Positions 12,111 through 21,917 of a stretch of 64,000 nt of DNA are shown here, one piece after another. The notes under the pieces are model-generated. The model had not been told where the DNA came from. It saw only the letters and a program-made list of their open reading frames with translations, and did no database searches. Every line of letters begins with the position of its first letter. The stretch's first letter is position 1. Source of the DNA: Carpediemonas membranifera BICM (lineage: Eukaryota > Protista > Fornicata); contig JAHDYR010000067.1 of the NCBI GenBank assembly GCA_019828565.1, forward strand, positions 340,244 to 404,243, given 5' to 3'. Position numbers and translations under genes: made by a program.

Positions 12111-12219
12111 GATGCTGATGAGATAAAGTTTACGGGTACTGTTGGACTCGGTGACAGATCCAGGAGTCGACGTCGGCATCGTTGTGGATTTCACGGTGGC
12201 GGTGAGAATGTCCACTGTT

Positions 12220-15200
12220 GATGGTAAAGGATTCGCGGAGATGCAATAACGAGTCACGGCAGCGACGTTACTCTGCCTTAGCCGCGCGGTAGACCCCGAT
12301 TCGTGCGATCGGATCTGATCGACGTGGAGTCGTTTGGAGGATCTTGCGAGGCGCGTTTCCATGAGGGTTGCAGTCATACTGGCGCTGCTAACAACGTGTC
12401 TATGTTACCTAACGCTGTTCAGTTCGCGCATGTATTCAGTTCAGGAGCAGGAAGCGGCAGAGACCAACCTTGGTGTGAGTTTGGCGTTTAGCGTCGATCG
12501 CATGGCGTTATGCTCGCTCCCGTACACAGTTCCGGACGGAAAGGCCTCTACCTACATGCCCGCGTACTGCACGGTCTTCAATCACGTCGGCGACTCCTGG
12601 CTTTCGTCTGAAAAGCTCGTGGTTCCCGCAGACCCGGACCAGCGGACCGACATCGCCCCACAGGTGGCCCTCGACAGTGATTACGTCGTCCTCTCCACTG
12701 ACAAGGTCCGTGTTTCCGACAGCAGCGACGAGTTCGGGTTCTGGGCCGAGTCTGCGTCCATTGACGGCTGCAAGTGGCACGAAAGCGCCATCCTCTCCGG
12801 CCAGCTCCTCCTGATCATGTGCCAGGACACGTGCATGCCCGTCCACGTCTACCGCATCGACGGGTCGACCTACCCCATCCCGACTCTTGAGGACTCGGGC
12901 GTGGTGCTGGGCAGCCACGCTCATGCGATGACGGTGGGGCAGAATAGCGACTTCGTCGGCATAGTGGAAGAGTCGGGAGCGAGCTGGCAGGTCAACGTCT
13001 ACAGTAACGTCCCTGGTACGACCTCGTTCGCCCTGAACGCCACGCTCAACGCCCCCGATCCTGCCTCAGAAAGGAGCATCAAGGCGATAGCGATGGCCAC
13101 CGACTTCGTTGTTGTTACTGATATGGCGGCCGACGGTTATGTCATCTACGTCGATGTCTACCACTTTGACCGCGCCACGTTCTCTTGGGACTTGATTATC
13201 TCCGAGATGGCCACCGTCCCCGGGCCAGATCTCCGCGATTTCGCCTACTCTGGCCTCAGCGTAGCCATTTCCCAAGGCTCTGACACCTTCGTCGCCCTGA
13301 CGGGCAACACGATCATGTTTGACTCAACCCCCACGTTGCTTACCCAGAGTTACCTACAAGCTGACCCACGCCGCCGAGGGCTGGCAGCTGGACTTTTTGT
13401 CGTACTCCGAAGCCACCGACAGCGTCCCCAAGAGCGTGGCGATTGCCCAGGACTCGATGGTCCAGGTCTACCAGTCGTACAGCGCAGTCCAGAGCGAGGC
13501 CGGCCTCGTCACGAAGATCTCCATGCTGAAGCTCGTTGGCGACGAGTTCGACGAGATCGGAGTCATCAGCGGCCAGCGTGCGTCCACAACGGGGACGTTT
13601 GCCCAGTCTTTCGGCGGTGGCAAGGCCCTGGTCGGGTCCCCGGCAGCGCCCAGAGGAGAGAGTTTGGCACAGTCTCCCTCGTCGCGGCTAGCAGTCTAGA
13701 CATGGACGGATACGCCCAACACATATGGCACGCGATATTCGACTCCGCAGACAGCGGCTTCCGGCAGGTCGACACCAAGCAACTTGTGCAGTCGATGGAG
13801 ACCACCGTCTCGGCGGAGTTTGGCACAACCATCTCTGTGAGCAATCGTTTGATGGTTGTCGGCGCCCCCGGAGCCGACTCGGGTGTCGGCGCCGTCTTTT
13901 TCTTCGAGGACTCAAGCTCTGACTCGACCTTTTATGAACCCTCCATGATCCACGGCGTCGACATCCAACGGAAGGTCGACCCCGAGAACGACACCGTGCG
14001 GCGATTCGGCAGCCATGTTCTGAAGCTAGACGTCGACGAGGACGGCAACGGCATCCTCGTGGTCGGGTCCGAGTCGAACGCGCTCTTCCTCTGGCCGCTG
14101 GGGCCCGAGGCGCAGGGCCTTTCCTTCTTGAACATCACCGCGCCCGACGGTGGCTACAACACAGGCTTCTTCTTCGGGACGGACGCGGACCTGCGCGACC
14201 ACACGCTCGTAGTAGGCACGGCGCACGCCATGTTCTATGTTTTCGCGTTCGACGACAGCTGGGGCGTCCTGGGCCATCGCAAGTATGTCCATGGCATCCC
14301 CGGGCCGCACAACTCGTTTGGGAGATTCGTCAGGTTCGTTGAGACGCGCAAAACTGCGGGGTACGGCATTGCCGTCTCCTACAACACATTCCTTGGCAAG
14401 GCGCACGACGGCAACTGCGGCTACGCGATGCTCTACCGCCCCAACGCGACGGACGCCTCGAGTTACATGCTGACTGACGTATACACGTATAATGGCAACT
14501 ACGACAACCACGAGTGCCGGCAGATCATATCAGCGTTGGACACGCAGGATGGGACGATCGTCGTGGCAGACGGCACCATTGGCTCCCCGGAGCAATTGGT
14601 CTTCTTTGCTGTGGACGACACCAGCGACGCTGATGGCCAACTCTGGGCGATGACGCTGGATTTGAGCGAATATCAGACGGTTGAGACAATCTCTTGGTCG
14701 GACCAGTTTGCGATTATCACGACTTCGAATCCCACCGAAGTCTACTGTTTATTCACGTCCGCCCAAATGTTCATCACTTTCCTAACATACGTTATTGTGA
14801 CGGTCCTTGCGATCTTCTGCTGCGGCTGCTGCGTCGTCATCGTTGTCCAGATGATTGGCCTCGCCTTCATCTCGTCCTGCGTCACCGGCTGCTTCTGTGT
14901 CCACGTCGTTGGCGTCACTGTCGCCGGGCTCATGCTGAGACAGCAGTACAAGCGGGTCAAGCGGGGCATCATCCGCCGCCGACTCCGCAAGCTGGCCAAG
15001 GCCGAGCTCACGAAGCTTGGGATCGACTCCAACAACAGGCTCTACTCCGCCATCTGGGACTTCTTCATCGTCCCCGAGGCCGTCACCGAGACGGAGGTCA
15101 TCGCCTCGGGCGGGTTCGGTTCTGTGTCGCGTGCTGTGTATCAGGATCGGGTGGTGTGCGTCAAGAAGCTGCACGAGGCCTTCCAGTCCGACGTGACGAG

Positions 15201-16484
15201 CATGAACGAGTTTGCCCGGGAGGCCAAGACCCTCGTCGAGCTGTCCCACCCCAACGTGCTCAAGTTCCTGGGCGCCACCGTGCGTCTGCCGGCCATCTAC
15301 ATCGTGACCGAGTTCTGCGCACTTGGCTCGCTCTCTGCCTACGTCGAGAAGAAGCGCAAGGCGGGCCGACTCACGCCGCTCGCCCTGCTCGACCTCGTCA
15401 TCGAGGCGGCCGACGGTCTCGCCTTCATCCACTCGAGAGGCATCGTACACCGCGACATCAAGCCCGACAACTTCTTCGTGGCGATTGAGGAGAAGGTGAG
15501 TCGCAACCGCATCCGCGTCAAGGTCGGCGATCTCGGTCTGGCCGTCAACAACACGACCAAGACGATGACCAACATCGGCACCATGGGCTTCGCCGCCCCC
15601 GAGCTTCTCCAGCGGGGCGAGTACGACCAGAAGGCGGACGTCTTCTCCTTCGCCATGACCATCTTCGCCCTCTTCTCCGAGGAGCTCCCCTTCGCCGACG
15701 AGAAGAGTTCTTTCGCCGCGATGAAGAAGATCAACGACGGATCCCGGCCCAAGCCGCGCAAGGCCCTCGCCCAGCTGCCCGAGCTCCAGGCGATCGTCGA
15801 GAAGATGTGGGCGCAAGACCCGGCGGACAGGCCGACCATGAAGGCCGCCATGGCTGAGCTGCGGGAGCTGAGGAAGGAGATGGGGAGCTCGTTCAGGGCT
15901 CGCGATAAGATGGCCTGCCAGTCGATTTAGGGATGAGGGAGGTAAAGTTTTGTAGCGGCAACGATTGGCAATGCCAAGACGAGGAAGCATGTGCGAGAGT
16001 TCGTCGCGCGGATGCCCCACTCGACCCAAGACGCGTCGACTCGATACCGACCGCGGGTCCATCGGCTCAACTGTGCTGAAGTCGTTAGCGCCAGGGAAGG
16101 ATTCCTGTGAACAATGGACGGCGCAGATTCTTCGCCAACAGACGTCAAAGCATTGCTTATTGCGGCGTTTCGACTTTCTATTGTCGAAACTTCATCTATA
16201 CCCGGGGACATACCATCTCTCATTCGCCACGCATACTCGAGGCAGTTTGGCGAGACTGTGCCTTCAGATCGCGATCTAGAGATCAGCTATTCTCCAATAC
16301 ACGCCGCAACGATCAGCGAGGTGCTCGCCGACATCCCCCCTCTCGCTCCAAGCGCGCAAGTGCTCCTCGACCGCGCCCGCTCCATCCTCACCGACGGCCC
16401 GCCACTGTCCATGAACGTCGAGCTTGAGGATGGCGAGGAGCTCCCGATCGCCCTGCACACCCTGCTCCAGGGCACGCTGTGGGC
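12220..16484. repeat. Left arm of a 4265-bp near-identical inverted duplication (partner 54341-58605)
   Basis: Reverse-complement identity runs from GATGGTAAAGGATTC (12220) to ..TGTGGGC (16484), with a few substitutions and two 1-nt homopolymer indels. Confidence 0.95.
12361..15930 (+). CDS. Receptor-like TKL-group protein kinase with FG-GAP-like ectodomain, copy 1; intron at 13317-13347; 1-nt deletion at 13638-13641 relative to copy 2
   Basis: Signal peptide; FGTTISVSNRLMVVGAPG..GAVFFF FG-GAP-like repeat; Cys-rich TM region; kinase motifs SGGFGSV, VCVKK, HRDIKPDN, DLG, GTMGFAAPE, DVFSF. Confidence 0.85.
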   Translation: MRVAVILALLTTCLCYLTLFSSRMYSVQEQEAAETNLGVSLAFSVDRMALCSLPYTVPDGKASTYMPAYCTVFNHVGDSWLSSEKLVVPADPDQRTDIAPQVALDSDYVVLSTDKVRVSDSSDEFGFWAESASIDGCKWHESAILSGQLLLIMCQDTCMPVHVYRIDGSTYPIPTLEDSGVVLGSHAHAMTVGQNSDFVGIVEESGASWQVNVYSNVPGTTSFALNATLNAPDPASERSIKAIAMATDFVVVTDMAADGYVIYVDVYHFDRATFSWDLIISEMATVPGPDLRDFAYSGLSVAISQGSDTFVALTGNTIMFDSTPTLLTQSYLQADPRRRGLAAGLFVVLRSHRQRPQERGDCPGLDGPGLPVVQRSPERGRPRHEDLHAEARWRRVRRDRSHQRPACVHNGDVCPVFRRWQGPGRVPGSAQRREFGTVSLVAASSLDMDGYAQHIWHAIFDSADSGFRQVDTKQLVQSMETTVSAEFGTTISVSNRLMVVGAPGADSGVGAVFFFEDSSSDSTFYEPSMIHGVDIQRKVDPENDTVRRFGSHVLKLDVDEDGNGILVVGSESNALFLWPLGPEAQGLSFLNITAPDGGYNTGFFFGTDADLRDHTLVVGTAHAMFYVFAFDDSWGVLGHRKYVHGIPGPHNSFGRFVRFVETRKTAGYGIAVSYNTFLGKAHDGNCGYAMLYRPNATDASSYMLTDVYTYNGNYDNHECRQIISALDTQDGTIVVADGTIGSPEQLVFFAVDDTSDADGQLWAMTLDLSEYQTVETISWSDQFAIITTSNPTEVYCLFTSAQMFITFLTYVIVTVLAIFCCGCCVVIVVQMIGLAFISSCVTGCFCVHVVGVTVAGLMLRQQYKRVKRGIIRRRLRKLAKAELTKLGIDSNNRLYSAIWDFFIVPEAVTETEVIASGGFGSVSRAVYQDRVVCVKKLHEAFQSDVTSMNEFAREAKTLVELSHPNVLKFLGATVRLPAIYIVTEFCALGSLSAYVEKKRKAGRLTPLALLDLVIEAADGLAFIHSRGIVHRDIKPDNFFVAIEEKVSRNRIRVKVGDLGLAVNNTTKTMTNIGTMGFAAPELLQRGEYDQKADVFSFAMTIFALFSEELPFADEKSSFAAMKKINDGSRPKPRKALAQLPELQAIVEKMWAQDPADRPTMKAAMAELRELRKEMGSSFRARDKMACQSI

Positions 16485-17586
16485 AGTATTCATAGAGGCG
16501 GGTGCCTCCCCCGTCGTTGAAGACGACACTGCAACGAATACACACCCCAAAGTCGAGCCTGACATATGCCTCTGGTTCCTCTGCAAGAAGTTCTTCTTCA
16601 CCAATCAAACCGCGTGCTTAGACGGGCAGGTCGAGACCTTCCCCGACGCCCCCAGCTACACGCAGTACAGCGGTCGCGCCTTTCTCCGACAATCATTCAA
16701 TGGTGTGTCATTCTTTCACAGGATTCGTATCCCGCCGATCGTCGAATATTTTTGCACGGATGGACTGGTCAGGATTTTATCAACCGCACACGGGATCTAC
16801 AGCCACGGCCACACCATCAGCGGCCGGTTGGGTGGTCTCGAATCCCTCCGCCCACGGAATCCGGCCCGAGTGGCTTTCTCTCAGTGCCCTGCCGTCATCC
16901 AGTGCGAAGCCCGACTCCCGCCGTGGAAGAAGCACCTGTTGGTCAAACAAGTGGTGTTTAGTGACAACCGGACATTTATATTGACTCGTGCCGGTATGTT
17001 AATGGCCGGTAATAACGGGAAATGGCATGACGGGGGGAATGTGCGAGATGTCGACTATTTCAGCCCAGTACCCTTGCCCGACGGGTTTGTGCCAGATCAT
17101 GCGTATTTTGATGACACGGGCCTGGCAATCGTGACGTCAGGGAGTAATCAAATGATTTCTGGACCGAATAGAGATGGCCAGCTTGGCCTGGGCCACTGTG
17201 ATCAGATGACTGGATTCGTCAAACTTCCATTTTTAGTTGATAGAGTCATATGCTGTCCCGATTTTAACATTTTTATCTCACTCGGCCAAGTTTTATTTGC
17301 GGGCAGAGTCTCTGAGCTGATCGCCCAGTCGGGCCTGCTACCTGGCCACTCAAAAAACGACCTCTGCCTCACACCCGCCCCGCTCACGTTCCCGGCCCCG
17401 CCAGCCATGATATGGTGTCGCCATGGTCGCCTCTACTGGGTGGAAGAAGGCGAGGCTGGCCCCACACACCTTCAGACAGCTGCAGGCGACTGGTTGGCGG
17501 TGGGTGTCGGGCCCGATGGAGCGGCTGTGGCCGTGGGACACGGGGCGGGTTCATGCGCCGAGTTCACCAGCGTTAGTGGGCCATGA
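16114..17586 (+). CDS. RCC1/BLIP-II-like repeat protein of a lineage-expanded family
   Basis: SGPNRDGQLGLGH RCC1-type motif; clear paralogy to 21918-23483 and 53122-54711 (WFLCKKFFF, GRxF, LPxWxK, PDGFVPDH). Confidence 0.7.
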   Translation: MDGADSSPTDVKALLIAAFRLSIVETSSIPGDIPSLIRHAYSRQFGETVPSDRDLEISYSPIHAATISEVLADIPPLAPSAQVLLDRARSILTDGPPLSMNVELEDGEELPIALHTLLQGTLWAVFIEAGASPVVEDDTATNTHPKVEPDICLWFLCKKFFFTNQTACLDGQVETFPDAPSYTQYSGRAFLRQSFNGVSFFHRIRIPPIVEYFCTDGLVRILSTAHGIYSHGHTISGRLGGLESLRPRNPARVAFSQCPAVIQCEARLPPWKKHLLVKQVVFSDNRTFILTRAGMLMAGNNGKWHDGGNVRDVDYFSPVPLPDGFVPDHAYFDDTGLAIVTSGSNQMISGPNRDGQLGLGHCDQMTGFVKLPFLVDRVICCPDFNIFISLGQVLFAGRVSELIAQSGLLPGHSKNDLCLTPAPLTFPAPPAMIWCRHGRLYWVEEGEAGPTHLQTAAGDWLAVGVGPDGAAVAVGHGAGSCAEFTSVSGP

Positions 17587-17997
17587 ATGACTCAGGTAAA
17601 TCGCTCATTCGGGAGATCGCAGGAGATCCACTCTGGCATGGGTGAACTCGGGCTGGGTTGGAGGGAATTCTCCGGATTCTTGGAGATTCCGTTCCAGATC
17701 GACCAGATTTTATACTCTGCCCGTACAGCCTCTTTATCAGCGGCCAATCCATCTGCGCGTTCGTCCATCCCTTCCCTAAGCCCGGCCTCCTACGAGGGTC
17801 ACGGGCCAACGGGTTCGTCACAGCATCGCCGCTGCAGTTCCTCCAGAGTCAGTGCAGTTTACCACGACACCTGCCGGCACCTGTGGGTTTCTCAGGGAAA
17901 GACAACCATGTCCTGGGACACTCGAGCTTCCATTCGAGACTTCGCAGGCCGAGTTGAACGAGTAAGACCTGGTCTACCTGCAGGACGTGGAGGGTGA
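17587..17997 (+). pseudogene. Frameshifted fragment of the C-terminal part of the RCC1-like family
   Basis: GELGLGWREFSGFLEIPFQIDQIL, then in another frame SLFISGQ..PGLLRG..TASPLQF, then back to VSAVYHD..LWVSQGKT. This is collinear with GRLGLGH..GFEELPF..SGLLP..ATPLQF..AVY..VWVTEGKT of 53122-54711. Confidence 0.7.
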
Positions 17998-18309
17998 GTG
18001 GGCAGCGGCCATGATGGACGATGGGGCCCCTGCGGATTCGACGTGAACCCTGTCGAGATTGTTGAATATGTGCGGGTATAAAGCAGTCTTTTATGTGTTG
18101 TTTGTGTGCTTGACAGTGTCGAGGGGGTAACGCTTGGGCGATCAGTCACTTCGCAGTTTATGTCACTATTTTCTCATGGTTCGACGAACAAAAAGAGAAT
18201 GGGAGCTTCTTGCGTATAGTTTTGGTTCAAGATTCCCGAATATCTCATTGAATACCGCATCGTGTTCTATTTGCGGCTGCGAACCTCACAATATTGTAAG
18301 AACGAGCAC

Positions 18310-18864
18310 ATGAGTCTTATAGACACACTAGATTTCTCTGTTGCGGGAACAACAGCCACGACGACACGCGGTATCACCGTGAACTGCTATCTCTCCAAAA
18401 CGAACTGCAAATACCTCGACAAGCCCTTTGACGTCGACATTCCAATGAACCACGCGACCAAGTCCAACAGATACCTTCTCAGGGTTGAAGGCCCCAACAC
18501 ACACGACATCAGTGGCCTCAAGTTCGAAATTCCCGCGGGCTTTACCTTCAGCGCGGCCGCGGTCCTGCCCTACGAGGGCCGCTTCCAGAGTTCCGCGGTG
18601 TTTAACACGGCTCTCCGCGCCGCATTGGTGCACGAGATATTGTCTAAGCTGGCGGATAAGAATCTGCGACACGGGCGGAAATTACTCGCTGCGGCGGACG
18701 ACACGATGCAGCAGATGCTTACGGAGGAAGGAAACATCCCCCAGCCGACTATAGACGATATAGTCGTGAAGGCTAACGGGAAAACATCGAAGGTGACCAA
18801 GTTCCGTCATTTCAAGGACTGGGCTGGGACCCTGCCTGTCGTGGGCCCTGCCCTGCCAGGTTGA
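18310..18864 (+). CDS. Hypothetical protein
   Basis: 184-aa ATG ORF with host-like codon usage; no family recognised. Confidence 0.55.
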   Translation: MSLIDTLDFSVAGTTATTTRGITVNCYLSKTNCKYLDKPFDVDIPMNHATKSNRYLLRVEGPNTHDISGLKFEIPAGFTFSAAAVLPYEGRFQSSAVFNTALRAALVHEILSKLADKNLRHGRKLLAAADDTMQQMLTEEGNIPQPTIDDIVVKANGKTSKVTKFRHFKDWAGTLPVVGPALPG

Positions 18865-19262
18865 AGTGACATGATAAACTTTTCACGCTCAATGAGGCCA
18901 GACAGTCTCTGGCAGCGGCACTGATAGCGTGGATCTGCGACAGCCTCCACCAGGTGCGGAGGGCGAACCACCGGAGACTGCTCCGGACAAGACAATCTAC
19001 TATATTCTCCTCCCTGGAGGGTCCCGTACTGGGGGACGCCAATCGGCCTCTCCTATGCGACGTCCTCCCGGAGGAGTGGCTGGTCTCGGCTGGCCGTTTG
19101 TAACATACCAAGGGATTAAATTACATAAATACGTAAATGTGGGTGACGGGGGATGGTGGGTTGGGTGTATTTGGTTCGGATGTGCGCAGCATGAGTTAGT
19201 TGTGTCGCGGCAGTTGTCGAGATCGTCTCATCAAGTCACGCGCAGTTTGTGTTTCTTCAGCG

Positions 19263-20136
19263 ATGTCACTCTTTGAAGTATACGCATTTTGCGCAAAGTG
19301 GGTATCGTTCGTTGTTGGATGGATTAGTTTCTTCCTGTGGTCGTTTTCGTTCTATCCACAGGTGATACTGAACTTCCGTCGCCGAGATGCCAAAGGACTT
19401 AACTTGCAATTTGTTCTGATCAACCTTATCGGCTTTAGCTGCTACAGCGTCTACAATGTATCACTCTTTTTCATTCCTCCAGTCCAAGATGCCTACCTCT
19501 CGAGCCATCCGTCCATCCATAGCCGCGGAGACATACCCGTTCATCTTTCAGACGTCATCTTCAGCGTACACGCAGCCATCATCACGGCAGTAACGCTGCT
19601 TCAGATGGTCATCTTCCCTACAGGGTCGCAGAAGGTGGACTGGTATTCTATTTCGTTTATTGCCATCTGTTTGTTCATGGTCCCAATCCCATCACACAGC
19701 AGTGCTGCTCATCGTAAGCCCAACCGCTCTGGCAATATTCAGGGTGATCCACCCGTTCTACATCATAGCATGCCTCGGCTACGTCAAGACGGTGTCTTCT
19801 CTCGTCAAATACATCCCACAGGCATTCATGAACTGGCGCAGGAAGAGTACGGTCGGTTGGTCGATCGGGAATATCCTTCTTGATATCTCTGGGTCAGGTT
19901 TCAATCTTTTCCAGACCGCTCTGGATGCAACTGTCACACATTTCGACATCCTCGCCAATGTACCCAAGCTGAGTCTTGCAGCTGTATCCGCAGGCTTTGA
20001 CGTTCTCTTCATCATCCAGCACTACGTCTTGTACCGCGACAGGGGCCGCGACAGGACAGCGGACATGGAGAAGCTCGAGGATGTGTCGTTCCAGCTCAAT
20101 GACGAGCTCCATATGCTCAGTAGCGCGGACCCGTGA
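19263..20136 (+). CDS. CTNS: Cystinosin/ERS1-like PQ-loop lysosomal transporter; one intron at 19669-19699
   Basis: WSFSFYPQVILNFRR and KYIPQAFMNWRRKSTVGWSIGNILLD PQ loops, joined by removing a 31-nt GTTTGT..ATCACACAG intron; FDVLFIIQHYVLY. Confidence 0.88.
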
Positions 20137-21055
20137 GGGGTGTAAAGGTACTTGTAGGCGTTTCCGGGCATGTATATGGGTATGTATATGGGTATGATGA
20201 CGGTAGATTGTCGGCTGGTCCGGCAAGGACATGGTTTGCTGGATGATTTGCAGGGAGGGAGATGACATGGGGACGACGTAGCGGGTTGTCTTGGCTGGAA
20301 GTGGTGTTATACAACGATCCTTTTTATTCCCTCACCCTTGTTAACCACCCGAGCAACAGGCTAACTGACCACATCTACATACACCGCAAGGAAGTATGTA
20401 GGCCGGCACGTCCGATAATTCAAGTCCACAGCCAGAGCGACACCACTGTGTCACCGGGAGACGACACATCAAACATCAAACATCAAACTCTGACTCGGGT
20501 CCACGGTCTGGGCGACCGCGGTGTCAGCGGGAGGGGGGATATTAGTAGGAGCGGTCACCGGCGCCTGCTGAGGCGTTGTAGACCCGGCAGTTGCCCTCAG
20601 CAAGGGCGACGGCAGCGGTGTTATACAAAACTGCGCGAATTGGAGTGTGCGCGCAATCATCAAAGCATAGCAATGGCTTGAGATCAGGTATTCTCGGTGC
20701 ATGCAACGGGTCTGCGCATGTAGTGGCATCATCACCGGCTTCCATGAACAGCATTGCTTTGTCCATGCCGAGAACTGATTCTACACTTTCGTATTCACGC
20801 ACGAGGAAACGAACTGGGGAATCACCGCCAAAAAACTACTGTCATGCTGTTTCAGCTACACATATTGTTCACGCATCCATCTGGGTCATTCATTTCTTCA
20901 ATCTGCGTTTCTGTCAACCCACATTTCTCTGCAACCTGGAGAGACTCGATCAAATTCAGCCACATGCACTCTCTAGGTCCTGCACCTGTCCTCTACACCC
21001 TCACTTCATCTTTTCGTGTCCGAGTGGTCTCTTTGAAAACTTGGCAAATTCTCCG

Positions 21056-21817
21056 ATGGCTGTGCTGACGAGGGGAGCTCAACAGAGAAAGAACAACGAG
21101 AATGCATCTAACAGCGCTATTACGTCATATTTCCAGGTAACAAAGGCGGCAACCCCGATTTTGAGGAAGCCCATCGCGAAACGCCCTTCAACTGTCCATA
21201 AGACCACGACTGTGAGCGTCAAGGGATGCACAAAGATCAAGATTAATCACTGGAGCGACGCTGCCTTGCAATTCCAGGAGAAGCTTGCCCGTTATGAGCC
21301 TGACGACGAATGTGATCTCCGCCGTGCTGGAAACGAGGAATGCACCAGCAGAAACTGCACAAACCCTGAATGCACTAACCGCAAGCTCCAGTGGCGCCAC
21401 TACTCGCCCTACGCCATCCAAGCAGCGGGCGACAAGGGCTGGGGCATGTATGCCGTCACCACGATTCCTAAGGGCGCGCTCGTCATCGAATACGTCGGGA
21501 TGGTCGTCACAGAGGAGGAGGCGAAGGTAAGACTGGCGAACAACACATCATGCCACGTCTATTGCCTGAGCATGGGATCGGGTACGGTCATTGACGCCGG
21601 GGAGAAGGGCAACGATGCAAGATTCATCAACCACTCGTGCGAGCCTAACTGCGAGACCCAGAAGTTGTTTGTAGGCACGAAACCGCGGGTGGGTATCTTT
21701 GCCAAGCGCGCTATCCCCAAAGGGGAAGAGATCTCGTTCGACTATCACTTCGAGGTGGACGAGGCCAACAAGGTGGTGTGCCAGTGCGGCGCTGCAACGT
21801 GCCGTGGCTTTGTGTGA
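21056..21817 (+). CDS. AWS-SET-postSET histone lysine methyltransferase (Set2/ASH1/NSD-like, minimal)
   Basis: Cys-rich AWS, KGWG, IEYVG, IDA..KGN.ARFINHSCEPNC, GEEISFDY, CQCGAATCRG. Confidence 0.88.
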   Translation: MAVLTRGAQQRKNNENASNSAITSYFQVTKAATPILRKPIAKRPSTVHKTTTVSVKGCTKIKINHWSDAALQFQEKLARYEPDDECDLRRAGNEECTSRNCTNPECTNRKLQWRHYSPYAIQAAGDKGWGMYAVTTIPKGALVIEYVGMVVTEEEAKVRLANNTSCHVYCLSMGSGTVIDAGEKGNDARFINHSCEPNCETQKLFVGTKPRVGIFAKRAIPKGEEISFDYHFEVDEANKVVCQCGAATCRGFV

Positions 21818-21917
21818 GGCTGGACAGCAACAGGGCATGCATTGGACGCTACCCTGGTAATAAATGGTCGACATCAGCGTGGCAGTGTTGCAGTGAATAA
21901 CATCATACTTTATCGGT

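Noticed and set aside
14782-16062. Long antisense ORFs (e.g. 14782-16062, 32348-33487, 41299-42276, 54687-56042)
   Set aside because: They are shadows of GC3-rich sense genes and have no recognisable motifs.
19102-19200. AACATACC as the 5' end of a U1 snRNA complementary to GTATGT donors
   Set aside because: No U1-70K loop, stem-loops or Sm site follow.
20591-21055. Long N-terminal extension of the SET protein from the ORF track
   Set aside because: It begins at a non-ATG codon with non-coding-like composition; the ATG at 21056 is more plausible.
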